From Camelus ferus (lineage: Eukaryota): DNA of 64,000 nucleotides. The notes under the pieces are model-generated. The model searched no databases and was not told the DNA's origin. It was given only the letters and a program-made list of their open reading frames with translations. The translations under genes were made by a program, and so were the position numbers. The stretch spans positions 9,054,001-9,118,000 of the forward strand of contig NC_045698.1 in assembly GCF_009834535.1 (NCBI RefSeq). Direction: 5' to 3'. The first letter of the stretch is position 1; the number at the start of each line of letters is the position of its first letter. Positions 40,913-54,045 of this stretch are shown here, piece after piece.

Positions 40913-41395
40913 CTGTAGGTAGACTCTCCCCACTTCACATACTTTTCGCATCAGGGAAGCTGATCTGTTTTGGTGACATCAAAGCCCTTCCATGACACCT
41001 GTCCTATTTTTGTTTGGTCAATGGAAAGCACTGTCAGGAACTGAATGGGGAGAGAAAAATGAGGTCAGTGTGACTAATTATGACCCTGGATCCACCTCTG
41101 CCCAGTTGCCTTTCTCTAACTGGCTCTATCTATAGCAGAATATCTCACCACTTATCAAGTGGTCCTTTCCGCAGAACCCCCTCCATCTCTGCATCCATGT
41201 AACACAGCCTTCCTTCTACCCATCAGACACAGGATTAGTAACAGTTCAGGTCAGCAGCCCAGGGTACTCTAAGATCCTGTGTGAGCTCACCACCCTATGT
41301 CTATATCTTATTCGATCAATTCTTTAAGTAAAATTTCCTCAAAGTCTCTAATTTGAGTGTGCCATGTTTCTTGTTTGGACTGTGATTGATTCAAT
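40913..41395 (+). mobile_element. LTR33-like (ERVL) solo LTR
   Basis: TTTGGTCAATGGAAAGCACTGTCAGGA...TTTGAGTGTGCCATGTTTCTTG...GACTGTGATTGATTCA. Confidence 0.65.
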
Positions 41396-41473
41396 AATCC
41401 TAATGCCTAGAATTTATTAATACAGAGATGTATTTGTTTTCTTATTTTGTTTTATCTGGTCAAGCATCTCTCT

Positions 41474-41477
<4 letters not shown>

Positions 41478-41507
<30 letters not shown>
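41478..41507. repeat. (GT)15 microsatellite
   Basis: Perfect GT run. Confidence 0.97.
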
Positions 41508-41510
<3 letters not shown>

Positions 41511-43219
41511 AAGAGAGTGAGGACATTCTCTACAACTGTATTGGTAGAAATTTACTACTAATATACACACCCTGCATGCCAATGGCAACATGAGTAGTCA
41601 CTCATGCAGAGCTTAGAAAGAAAATGCTGTATTATCATTTTCCCCACTATGGAGAGTACAGAGCTGAGTCAAAGCCCAAGGATCAATGGGCTTTTTAGAT
41701 AAATAAAGAAGAACAAATGGGCAAATCCATCTTAAATTTTGGGGAATGAGCTATTCCTTATTCAACTGATTTTGTCTTCCATTTTAGGGTAGGAAATTAA
41801 ATTATTCAGAAAACTTCTTACAATAACTGCTGTGCTTGAAATTGGCTGACACTGTAATAATATATTTTAATTACCAAAGACCAGGTAAGTAAAATATTTG
41901 ACTTACAAATTCTCTTATAAATTGTAATGCAGAGAAAAATGATGCCTAAGGAGAGGGTGGTAATGGAGAGAAGATCAGTCAAGACGGGTGATTGAAGGAA
42001 AGGCAGAAACATGGAGCAGACAACAACTCATGTGGTGATCATTGCTCAAGGCATCTCACGAAGTCCAGGACGTCAAAGACAGTTCCCTGCAATTTGTGAG
42101 ATACGCAAGTACACAGTTAGGCTGTAGTTGATTAAAATTTGTATCAGGAACATCTACTAATCATCCTGAGGTCTACATTTTCCTGAGTCAGGTCAGAATG
42201 ACCCTCGACAGAGAGAAATGGTTTCTCAGTAGCAGGTGCAGACAAACTAATCTAATTTTCCTGAGCCCTGCTCTCATCCTAAGATTATTCCTCCTTGTCA
42301 AAATATTTTAACTTTTCTTTGGTTTCTTCCAGGAAAAGTTTACTGTAGCAGTGATTCTATTTGGCTATGTAAAGACTTTTCCATTTTGCTCCTTCAAGGA
42401 GATTTATAGAAAATTTCAGAACTTATTTTATAGAAATAAATATACAAAAGAATTATGCAGAGGGCGTTCTTCAAGTTTCAGTACAGCAGGCAAAGAAATA
42501 TTGCCACACAGTATAAGTATTATCAACAGTGGCTTCTGATTCTCAGAAGGAAGATGAAGTTGAAAGATCTAGTAAGACTTGGTAGCAGGTCAAGCTGAAA
42601 TGGAAAATATCAATCTGCTCAGAGCTGTATATTAAAAACAGTGGTAATTATGGCTGAAATGTATTGATTGCTCATTTTGAGAAAGGTGTAGACATAGTTC
42701 AAAGACCTTTCTCTGTACTAACACAGACTTTTTTTTACACATTTTCTTCTCTAGTGACATACTAACATGAATATAGTATAATTAAAAAAAACCAAAGTAG
42801 ATAAGGGTAAAATTCCCTTCATTCCACATTTTCCCACATAGACCTAATAAGCATCATTCATTTGGAATAAAATAATACAGTTATTTTTGTATTTTCTATA
42901 TCATAATACACTTTTATATATGTTCAAATATTGTGATATCTCTTTAGGCAGGTTTACACATTATTTCCCCCCCCCAAATTATGCGGGCTATTGTTGATAT
43001 TTCTGTTCTCAAATTCTTTGGAAATCCACTTGAGATTTTCATTACTTTCTAACATGTTGTATTACTCAGTTTACTCAGATCTCCTTTTCGCTTGTGAGCT
43101 AGAAACAGAAAGAGAAAGAGAGAAATAATAATTCTCATGTAAAGATACTGAAAACTTCCTGTTTGGCTTAAAAAAGAGAATAAACACATTTTTAGAAAAT
43201 GCTCTTTTATTCTGAGACA

Positions 43220-43400
43220 CACTATCATGTTGGTTTAGATTGTGGACTGGAAGAGCAAATATCCCTAAATTCAAGTCTTAATTTTGTCCCTAATTGGCTG
43301 TTTATTAATATTTCTAAGCCTCATTAACTGCATTATGAAATGAAGACAAATGGTAGCATCTGAACCAGTCATTTTTTGAACATAAGTCATAATGCAGTTA
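43220..43400 (+). mobile_element. MIR SINE fragment
   Basis: TGGTTTAGATTGTGGACTGGAAGAGC...TTCTAAGCCTCATTAACTGCATTATGAAATGAAGACAA. Confidence 0.55.
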
Positions 43401-44953
43401 GAATAACAGGGGCTTGGAAATGTCAATACTTTTTGTCACCATTCTGTAGAGAGTTAGTTTAGGTGACTTTTTGTTCATAGTACATTTAAGTTGACAGTTG
43501 TTTATATTAGATTATAATCTAAGCTCTCAAATAAAAATAAAGAACTTTCTATTTCACCCTGTTGTCCTTTCAAAATGTTCCAGGACCATAATACAAAATG
43601 AAAAATTTAACATCTCAGATAAAAAGGACATTAAACCATCCCAAACACTTTATTTCATGCACCCATAAAGATAATTAGGAGACGGACGGATGGAACTTTG
43701 CAAGTGTTTATATTTATAAAATAGATAAAGCAAAATGCATCAAAGAAACAAAATCAAATTATGAAAACAATAAAATGCATGCTTAACTTGTTAAATAATG
43801 TAAACTATAAAAAAGATATGAACTAGATTTATAAAAATAATTTTAAAAGAGCAGATTCAGGATTCACAAGGCATTTAAAATAATTAAATAATTATAAGAC
43901 TAACTATGTTTGTAGGCTATGTTAAAAAAAAATCCAACTAACAAAAAAATAAAAAACCTTTCAAAGACCTTTGTTATTTGTACTGACTGGATGTTGAAAA
44001 AATATTACTTATATGTGACTTATGGTAATCATTGTGATTCTGGAGATGGCATACTAAAATGGACACAAAAATTCACTTTGATAAGAAAAATTATTATACA
44101 ATACACAAAACAAGGTCTTTTATCGGAGAGATACAGCTCTTCTGCATAAGAATGAGGTGGCATATTGGAATTTCTTATATTTGTAGAGATGTGTGAAGTA
44201 CCAAAAATACTGGAATTGTTCCATATCCTTCAGATGTACTGTAGCTGGTTAAAAACAGGCCTCTCCAAGAACGGAAGATCTATCTTATAAATTGGCAAGC
44301 TTCTAATCCTTGTAAGTATTCATGCAGTGCTTAAATTCCTATTTACTTGTTACGCTGGGAAAATAAGTCTCAAGAATTTCTAAACTCTCTTTTAATGATA
44401 GAATTTTGTGATGTTATGCCCATGCCAATGACGTCTCACTAGAGAGTATATGCTTAATTTGGATTTAAAATGTAATAAACCATGGTTTTACAAACAAATA
44501 AACAGTTAATATAAGCAGGGATCAGTAAATATGAGTTTGGAATTAAGGAACAGAAAAGACAAATTGCTATGAAAGGCTAGGATAATTCTCAGCTCGTATA
44601 AATTACATTTTTATATAAAATATGTGTCAGGAAGATTGAAAAGCAGCCCAAGAGGCTTTCTGACTCCAGTTATCTATTCACAGTGTTTATTTCTTACTAT
44701 GGTTGGCGTCCTTGTGGTAATGGGATTACTGCAGTAAAATTCAGGGCAGCATGCTTCCTCATTAAGTCCTGCCAGATTATAATGATGCTTCCTGAAATTC
44801 TCCCAGAAAAAAAGTAACCTTCTTTCCCAGAAGTTGCAAACTTGCCTCTTTTCACATTATCACCGGCTCAAATAGACTGCTCTTTTTTGCTTAAATATTG
44901 TAACAAGAGTTATGAAACTGTTCTGATGCATTTTATCACAACTTAGTCCGGGA

Positions 44954-45834
44954 GTTTTGATTTGCATTTTTCTGAAAATGAAGTATCACCTCACACTGAT
45001 TAGAATGGCCATCATTAAAAAGCCCACAAATGATAAATACTGGAGCGAGTGTGGCGACAAGGGATCCCTCCTACACTGTTGGTGGGGATGTAATTTGGTG
45101 CAGACACTGTGGAAAACTGTATGGAGATCCCTTAAAAAAAAAAAGCAAAAAAAAAAACCAAGAAAAAACTAAAAATAGACTTACTATATGATCCAGTAAA
45201 TCCACTCCTGGGCATATATCCAGAGGAAACTCTAATTTGAAAAGATACAGGCACCCCAGTGTTCTTAGTAGCACTGTTTACAATAGCCAAGACATGGAAA
45301 CAACCTAAATGTCCATCAACAGATGACTGGATAAAGAAGATGTGGTATATTTATACAATGGATACTACTCAGCCATAAAAAAGAATGAAATATTGCCATT
45401 TGCATCAACACGGATGGATCTAGAGATTGTTATTCTAAGTGAAGTAAGCCAGAAAGAGAAAGAAAAATACCATATAATATCACTTATATGTGAAATCTGA
45501 AATATGACACAAATGAACTTACAAAACAGAAACAGACTCACAGACACAGAAAACAAGCTTATAGTTACTGGGTGGGGGATGGATCAATTAGGAGGTTCGG
45601 ATTGCAGATACACACTATTATATACAAAACAAATAAACAACAAGGTTATACTATATAGCACAAGGAACTGTATCCAATATCCTGTAATAATTTATAATGA
45701 AAAAGAATAGGAAAATGAAGATATAAATCTCTCTCTCTCTATATATATATGAATCACTATGCTGTACACCAGAAACTAACATAACATTGCAAATAGACTG
45801 CAAGTCAAATAAGACAAAACAAAACAAAACAAAA
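44954..45834 (+). mobile_element. Lineage-specific LINE-1, 5'-truncated with a short 5' inversion, (AAAAC)n tail and 14-bp TSD
   Basis: ORF2 C-terminal peptide [15 protein letters not shown]...[29 protein letters not shown](G/T)GGA at 44940-44953 and 45835-45848. Confidence 0.93.
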
Positions 45835-46779
45835 AACTTAGTCCTGGAAATGGATGTGGAGTCATGTTATGTTAGAACTCATGTGGTACATGGGAAAAGT
45901 GAATATTTGAGTAAAACAAGAGTTCTGTGTGGAGGGAAAAAAGGGAAGGGAAAGAGTTGATTCTGGAGAGGCAGCAAAAGGTTATACAATAGTCACCAAA
46001 GAAGTCAGCTTGTTTAAGTAATACATTTGACAGAAACAAAACATGTACTCCACTTACAAGATGATATTATGGTCATATTTTTATAGCCAAATTAGTGGTG
46101 GCAACCAAATAGTGAAAATCTCCATAAATCTTTACAAAATCTTCCAAAACGTTTTATGCATCGCACTAAACTATATAAAAAGTTATGCCTTCAGCAAAGC
46201 TAGAAGAGATGGAATCTTAAAAACTTTAATAAGCTAATAAGTTAAAAATAACTATTTGTAGCAGAGAAAACACTTGAGGGTGCGTGGCAAGCTGGGAAAG
46301 CAAAACAAAACAAAAACAGACAAAAAACAAAATCAACAAATTTAAAACAACAACAACAAAGGCAGATGGAGAAGAGAAAGCATATTGATACATGGACACC
46401 GGTGAGGCAGGCTTGGGAGGGCAGTGCTTCTGAAGGAGAGCGGATATAAAGGAAGCTGGAGGTGAGCTCTGAAACCAGATGATGAAAGAAAAAAGGAAAC
46501 AGGAGAGGGAAGTTCGTGATCCAGAAGGACAAGATGTGGGCAAAAGGTGGAGGGTGAGCAGTAAGTGCACTCAACTGCACACTGAAGACTCAAATATAGC
46601 AGAGAAGAAGGCAGAAAAATAACACACGAGTGTTTTTCGTACCGTTACAATAGAAATAAAGCAACTAGAACAATGGGAGAAGAGCAAAGACGAATATAGG
46701 TGGAAGGAGAATAAACACGTTAATTGTGTAGGCAGTAGGTGGGAGTAAAGGCACATTTACTTCTGACACAGTGGTAACA

Positions 46780-48450
46780 AAAGATTAAACAAGGAAATAG
46801 GAGCATAAGGGCATCAGAAGAGTGTAAACTCAAAGGTAAACAAAACTATGACCATCTTAACTTCCAAAACCATTTATAAAAAGCAAAGAAAACACATCAC
46901 ATAATGAAGTAAAACAAACATAATATACACAGAATAATAAGGCAGAGCAGACATCAAACTGATTTTGCCAATAAATGCAAGTAACATTAACCGACTATTT
47001 AAAATATATTTTCAATTTCACTGACGGAGAAAGACCTAAGCGTATGCTGCACGTGAAGCACAAACATGTAACACAAGATAATTCGAATGTCTAAAAATAA
47101 AGCCTGGTCAAAACACGGAAGGGAGGTCAAAATGAAAGAAAAGCAGGATTTGTGATCTTCATTTCAAACAAATTAAAATGGAAGCCAAAAATCACTGAAG
47201 GAGCCAAGGAAAGACATGTTTTAATGTTAAAACCAAAATTTAAAATAAAGCTATTAACAGGAATATGCAAGCATCAGATAACACAGCTACTTGAAAAATC
47301 AGAAACTGCAGTAATTGCGAGGAGCTGTATATGGAAATACAATAATACAAATTTAAAAAAAAATACAAGGTGTTAAGTCAGCTTTATTAGCATAAAATAA
47401 ATAAAATTAATAAATATAAATAGAGAATACCTAACTACATTTTGATAAGGTGGATAGTAGATGCATGTGCCAAATGATACACTCAGTAATACAGAATAAC
47501 ATGCCTTCTATTCACATGTACTTTGAACACTCACAAAATTACTTACATATAAGGTTATAAAGAGACCATAAGTATACCAGACGGTATAGTAGAGATACTC
47601 TATGCTAGAAACAGTGCATTAAAATTAGACATCTAATAAAACTCACAAAACAAAAAGATCATTTTAATGGGAAATTAAATTTAAAATCTATTAAACAGCT
47701 CATGCTTGAAATAGGATATATAAACTAAAATTACAGAATCTGTTAAAAATAATAATGTTAAGACAAACCTATCACTATTTATGGAATATGTTTGAAGAAG
47801 TGAACACATATTTTAAACTATAAACACTAATGAAAATAAGAAAATACATGAGTAGAAAATGAATTCAAATCCTATCTCAACAAGAAAAAAAAGCAAAGTA
47901 CAAAGATAGAAATCATAAATATGAAATCAGAAATCTGAGACAGGAGATAAAAAAAACAGAATCCAATGAGGGTATACCTTCTTTTTGATAAAAATAACAA
48001 AATAAATAATTCAATATCTAATTTAACCAGTAAAAAATGGAGGACAATGTATATATGTAAAAAAATTAATAATAAGTTAGGACAAGAAGAAATAATTATT
48101 GAAGTAAAATATACTAAAAATAAAAAAGAATCCTTTGTAATCTTTATGGAAATAAGTTGGAAAAAAAATCAAATAATACAATACAATTTGCTAAATTTGA
48201 CCCATTAAAAAGAAAAAGCTCAAAGAGATCAATTGCTGTAAATGAACAATAAAGTTATTAAAAACCTACACCTCATTAAGATGCTCATAGCAGAGAGTTT
48301 GGTCTTCCAAGACCCCAGGCTCAATGCTCAATAAATTGTTTTGGAGCATATAAAATGAAGAAAACTGTACAAAGCCTTTTCATGACACAAGAAAATCAGT
48401 AATATCTAAATCTGATAAGACAGCACAAAGAAAGAAAGCCACAGGTCAAT
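46780..48450 (+). mobile_element. Ancient L1M ORF2 5' half (degenerate)
   Basis: CAATAAATGCAAGTAACATTAA (INVNGLN-like), TATGCTGCACGTGAAGCACA, TTGAACACTCACAAAATT; A-rich sense bias. Confidence 0.65.
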
Positions 48451-48834
48451 TCCAATTTTGTTATTGCATAAGCCCATTTGTATAAATGGTATATGACTCA
48501 ATCTATCCACTTTTTATAATTTTTCATATAATTTTACTTTCTCTGTGAATGCTCTCTGTACAAAATAATTTCTATATGTTTCACAGTTTTTAACACTATT
48601 GAGTTTTTTTTTTTCATTTTACATGATTTGCCTAATTGGTTATGAAGGTCCAAGAGCAATGAGATTTTCCTTTCAATTAATCTTAAATCTGGCAAACTCG
48701 AAACTGCCTCAGATATTTCAGGTGAACTACTTCCTAGTTTTCATTGGTTTTCTCTTGTAGATGTTGGTAATCAGAGACCAAGGCAGCATCAGGATGAAAC
48801 ATTAAACAAAATAAATATACACTTCACAGTAAAC

Positions 48835-49054
48835 AAGAGGTTCTCATCTGGGGACTATTTTCTGTCCCAGCTCCCCTCCAGGGAACATTTAGTAATATCC
48901 AGACACATTTTTGGTTGTCACAAAAATATTTGGGCGTGCCACAGTCACCTAATACTAAAAATGCTACTAAACATTCTACAAAGCACAGAACAGATCCCCC
49001 AAAGAATTATCCAGGCCCAAATGTTGTCACTAATGCCAAGATTAAGAAACTGTA
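48835..49054 (+). mobile_element. MER20 hAT-Charlie MITE
   Basis: GGTTCTCATCTGGGG...ACATTTTTGGTTGTCACAA...CTAAACATTCTACAAAGCACAG...AAAGAATTATCCAGGCCCAAATGT. Confidence 0.9.
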
Positions 49055-49644
49055 GCACAGAACATCAATATTTGTACAGAATCCATTGCGCATCATGCAT
49101 GGGAAAGCGTTCACCCAGTTTCTATACTACAAGGAAATTGCAAAATTATACAAGAAAATTCAATTAGTTCTACTTTCTTCATTCAGCTCTATTTTAAAGA
49201 TCTTGCTTCAAGAAATTGAGTTATCAATTAATCTTTCTATTAGCTTGATAAATTCCAAGGTAATTCAATTCCACCAGGTGTCGTAAAATACAGTTCCATA
49301 AAATAACAAATTCTATAAGCAGGAGAAGAATTTGACAAATTAGATAAGGGAAATACTTATTAAATAATGTTCTTTTAACATGCATATAGTTGTAGAGGTA
49401 TACTACAAATAATGCATACATAAGCATACAACATTCCATTTAGTATGTAGTCCTCAGTTTCATACACACATAATTTCAAATGCACTTCATTTCTTTTGAG
49501 TATTTTAAGTAGAAAATAGAGGAAAGTAGCAAAAATAACCTTCTGAGATTATGTAAAAATGAGAAAATCCAAGAATGGCTTTTTATATGCAATGCAGTAA
49601 TAAGAAAAAGTACAGTTTCATTTATGTTGGTGAAGTAAAAACTA

Positions 49645-49867
49645 AATTTTATATAGAATCACAAAAGACCCAGAATTGCCAAAGCAATACTGCAAATTTG
49701 TTCTATCCAATATTGAAAATGGAGCATTCAAGTCTGCAACATACAGACTGACCTTTCTATCATACAAGGTCTATCTTTATATCTGGTAACATTTTTTGTT
49801 CCAATGTCTCCTGTGCCCTATATTTTTATAGCCCCTCTGACTTTCCTATGGTTGCTGTTTGCATGAT
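49645..49867. repeat. 223-bp inverted copy of 61365-61587
   Basis: Reverse-complement alignment by eye with 6 substitutions and no indels. Confidence 0.95.
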
Positions 49868-51180
49868 TTCAATAGAGAATTATGTCTTATTGATGCCATA
49901 AATACATTTAATGAAACTGTACTAAAAAAGTATTATTATTAGAATTAGAAAATTCAAAACATGAATTTCATAAGATAAATTACTATGCACACATCTGAAA
50001 CTAATATAATATTGTATGTTAACTTCACCTTAATAAAAAATAAAAGGGGGAAATTAAAAAATTAAAAGTATGAAAGTTTGAAGATACTTGTAGCTTGATT
50101 GGCAGTTTTTTGGTGCCAGAATACTTAAAGCAGTTTGGAATTTTATCATTTTAAATATTCATTGTTACAGGAATACGGTTATGGAAGTTTTTGACCATTA
50201 ACAAAAATAAAAACATTAGATTTCTTTTTATACATTTATTAATTTATGACAAATGGAACAGTTATTTAACATTACAATAAATAGATATTTGAGTATATAA
50301 CTAATTCAGACTAATCGATTGGACACCAGGAAGTGATTGAACATATAATACTGAATAAAGAAACCTATGAAAGAAGAGAAATTATGAAAGCAAGAATTAT
50401 GCTATTCTCTCAGGCTCTACAATTGGCAGTTTCCAGAACAAAATGCTAAGCCTGTGTGATGAACCATATGAGATAATATTTTCTGTGACAGAAATGATAA
50501 ATAGAATGAAAATCTTTTGACTTCATTCATTCCTGGAACTTGATCAAATGATGTTTATAAATCCTTGTGGATTGATTGTGATTATAAGTTGACAAATGTA
50601 AAACAGCTTTTAAATATAAAATTTTAATAATGTCATAATTTTAAGAGACATTAAATATAAAAGCTGATGCAAAAATTGATAAGTAGATTAGACTATATTA
50701 GCATACAGAAGGTAAATTTCTTATGAGCTGGAGTACATATAAACTATCTAACTGACTACTTTTAGAGTATATCTAAGGTATTCAGGCATTGCTAACTTTG
50801 CACAGATGACATTAAAAGACAGAAGAAAAAAGAGTTGGTGTGATTTCCACCTAATAAGTTTAATTATTTCTCTTAGCTCCAGCTTGAGTTAATGGCATTA
50901 ATTTATAGAATATGATGAATTTCCATTTGACCTTATTTACAAGTGAATGCATTTATTTATTAGAGAAAGTCAGATCTTATTTTGGCCAAACATTATTCAT
51001 TCATTATTGAGTATAAACTTTTGTGGAAATGGAATTTCAAACAAAACACCCACAATATCCTTAGAAAAATATAGTACATATGCATGATTTGATTTGCAGT
51101 GTGATGTTACCTCTCTTATCTCAGATTTTTACTATTTAATATTCTATCCCCCTATACACAATATCCTATGCTCTATTTTT

Positions 51181-51284
51181 AAATGGAATTAGTGCCCTTA
51201 TAAAAGAGACTTGGAGAGATCCCTTGTTTCTTTCTGCCATGTGAGGACACAGGAAAATACGGCATATTGAAACTCCAAAGAGGA
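51181..51284 (+). repeat. ~104-bp MLT1 fragment, inverted copy of 51567-51671
   Basis: AAATGGAATTAGTGCCCTTATAAAAGAGAC...GGCATATTGAAACTCCAAAGAGGA pairs with 51567-51671. Confidence 0.85.
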
Positions 51285-51439
51285 ATTGAGAAACATTGGA
51301 ATATATGTTAAGAAAATATACACTTTCAAATAGTATTTGGATTTATCTTATAAGGCATAGCATCCATATATCCACTTTCATTTGTAATATTGATTTTGAA
51401 TATTAGGACTCAAGAAGACACATCACTGTTGCCCTCATT

Positions 51440-51787
51440 TGTCTCAGTTGCTATAACACAGTATCATAGACTGAGTGGCTTAGAAACAATAGGAATGTAT
51501 TGGTTACAATTCTGGAGGCTATAAGCCTGAGATCAGAACACCAATACAGTCAGGTTCTTGTGAAAGTCCTCCTTGGAGTTTTAATATGCCGTCTTTTCCT
51601 GTGTCTTCATGTGGCTGAAGGAGACAAGGGAGCTCTCTAGAGTCTCTTTTATAAGGGCACTAATACCATTTGTGGGGGGTCCATCCACATGACCTCGGCT
51701 ACACCTAATTATAATGCCACACCTCCTAACACCATCACACTGGGGAGTCCTTTCCAATATATCAATCAGCACTGAATCTATAACCAC
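51440..51787 (-). mobile_element. MLT1A/B-like MaLR solo LTR
   Basis: GCTATAACACAGTATCATAGACTGAGTGGCTTA...TCTCTTTTATAAGGGCACTAAT...CCTCCTAACACCATCACACTGGGG. Confidence 0.9.
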
Positions 51788-51977
51788 CGTCAATTATTTT
51801 ATCACCATAGGAAAGCTACTGAATGTTTAAAGAACATGTAATACAAAGTGTGATTTATATAGTTGTTCTGTTTTTTTTTTTTTTTTAATTTTATCTAATA
51901 TAATTAAATTTAGGGGCCACTAATCCAAGTTTCAATGGCTGACTCTATTCTTGTCAGGTCTAGTGTTCTAGAAGCTC

Positions 51978-52707
51978 ACAATTTTGAAATCCCAGTCTAT
52001 CCCTTCCCACCCTCCACCCCCCTGGTAACCACAAGTCTGTATTCTCTGTCTGTGAGTCTATTTCTGTCCTTTATTTACACTTTATTTTTGTTTGTTTGTT
52101 TGTTTTTTGTTTTTTAGATTCCACATATGAGCGATCTCATATGGTATTTTTCTTTCTCTTTCTGGCTTACTTCACTTAGAATGACATTCTCCAGGAGCAT
52201 CCATGTTGCTGCAAATGGCATTATGTTGTCGGTTTTTATGGCTGAGTAGTATTCCATTGTATAAATATACCACCTCTTCTTTATCCAGTCACCTGTTGAT
52301 GGACATTTAGGCTGTTTCCATGTTTTGGCTATTGTAAATAGTGCTGCTATGAACATTGGGGTGCAGGTGTCATCCTGAAGTAGATTTCCTTCTGGATACA
52401 AGCCCAGGAGTGGGATTCCTGGGTCATATGGTAAGTCTATTCCTAGTCTTTTGAGGAATCTCCATACTGTTTTCCATAGTGGCTGCACCAAACTGCATTC
52501 CCACCAGCAGTGTAGGAGGGTTCCCCTTTCTCCACAGCCTCTCCAGCATTTGTCATTTGTGGATTTTTGAATGACGGCCATTCTGACTGGTGTGAGGTGA
52601 TACCTCATTGTAGTTTTGATTTGCATTTCTCTGATAATTAGTGATATTGAGCATTTTTTCATGTGCTTTTTGATCATTTGTATGTCTTCCTTGGAGAATT
52701 GCTTGAA
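51978..52707 (-). mobile_element. Young lineage-specific LINE-1 fragment (ORF2 C-terminus + partial 3'UTR)
   Basis: Uninterrupted ORF2 C-terminal frame; ends at a TTCTT|AAAA endonuclease-like site on the 5' side. Confidence 0.95.
52114..52707 (-). pseudogene. L1 ORF2p C-terminal (cysteine-rich) coding remnant, ~197 codons, no EN/RT
   Basis: [10 protein letters not shown]...[26 protein letters not shown]...MEYYSAIK...[21 protein letters not shown]. Confidence 0.92.
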
Positions 52708-53439
52708 ATAGATTATATTCTTAAAACACAAAAAATCATAATACCCTATTTACGAAGCCTTTTCTGTTTAACCATCTGGTAATTATGTCACTGTTCCTGG
52801 CTCTTTCATAATCTCAGTGTTCTTTACAATAATTTGTCTTGTGTAAGGTGTATCTTGAATTTTTCACATTTTTATCACTCACAAGTCTAAAACATAATCA
52901 TATCTCAAATGACACTTGTTCAACAGCTTTTAAATGATCAGTCATCTCTGTCAAAGTCTTTGCATGAATTCCTAACTAAACCAAAATTGGACTGGTCTAA
53001 TTCTGGTTTCCAAACAGCCTGAATTCACTCAGAACTTTCTGCCACTATGGTACACAATTTGCTTTGAGTGGACCCAGGGAACTATTGAATGTCCTTATGC
53101 TCTTTAAGCTCAAATTGGCTAAACAATGTTTTTTAAAGAAAAAAGAAATATACCATTAAATATATTGTAAAGCAATTGACAAGAGAAAAAAAAGATAAAC
53201 TACAGCTATCAGATGTGACTGTTTGGGGTGGTGGTTTTGACATGTCATTGATTGGTGTGCCTCTTGTATTAAGTCTTCTGTCTCTGTCCGGATGTGTCAA
53301 GAAAAATATGACAGCCTCCTGCCAAATTGCCATATGACATCGATGCGGGGTTGTTTTTGACAGGAAAATGCAAGTCCCTCAGGTACTGACTAGAATTGTT
53401 CTCAAATACACTTTAAATGTCTATATTAAACATGATTTT

Positions 53440-54045
53440 AGAAGCTGAGAGTGAAGAGATGGAAAAGATATTCCATGCCAATGACAACAAAAAGAGAGCA
53501 GGGATGCCCATACTTGCTTCAGACAAACTAGACCTTGAGTCAAAAACTATCACAAGAGATAAAGAAGGTCATTGTATAATCATAGAAGGATCAGTTCATC
53601 AGGAAGATAGAACAACTTTATATACAAAACAAACACCGACAGATCTGAAGGAAAAGTTAGACAACAGGACAGTAACAGTAGGAGACGTCAATACCCTAAT
53701 TTCAATAATAAATGGAACGTCCAAACAGAAAATTAATAAGGAAACAGAAGACTTGAACAACACTGTAGACCAGACAGAACTAACAGAGCATTCCTTTCAA
53801 CAGCAGCGGAATACACATCCTTCTCAATCGCGCTCGGAATAATTCTCCAGGAGAGATCACATGTTAAATCACAAAGCACATTTAAGAAGATTGCAATCAT
53901 ACTTAGTATCTTTTCTGACCACAGTGGAATGAAACTAGAAATCAATAATAAAAGTAAAACTAGAAAATGCACAAATAAGGGAAATTAAACAATTCACTCT
54001 TGAATAACCAATAGGTCAAAGAGAAATTTAAAGGGAAATTAGATA
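53440..54045 (+). mobile_element. LINE-1 ORF2 endonuclease-domain fragment
   Basis: KIFHANDNKKRAG...RDKEGHCIIIEGSVHQED...VGDVNT...KQKINKETEDLNN; TTTTCTGACCACAGTGGAAT (FSDH motif). Confidence 0.92.

Noticed and set aside
52114..52731. Longest ORF (205 aa) as a host gene
   Set aside because: It is the C-terminus of L1 ORF2p in a 5'-truncated insertion, with its start borrowed from flanking DNA.
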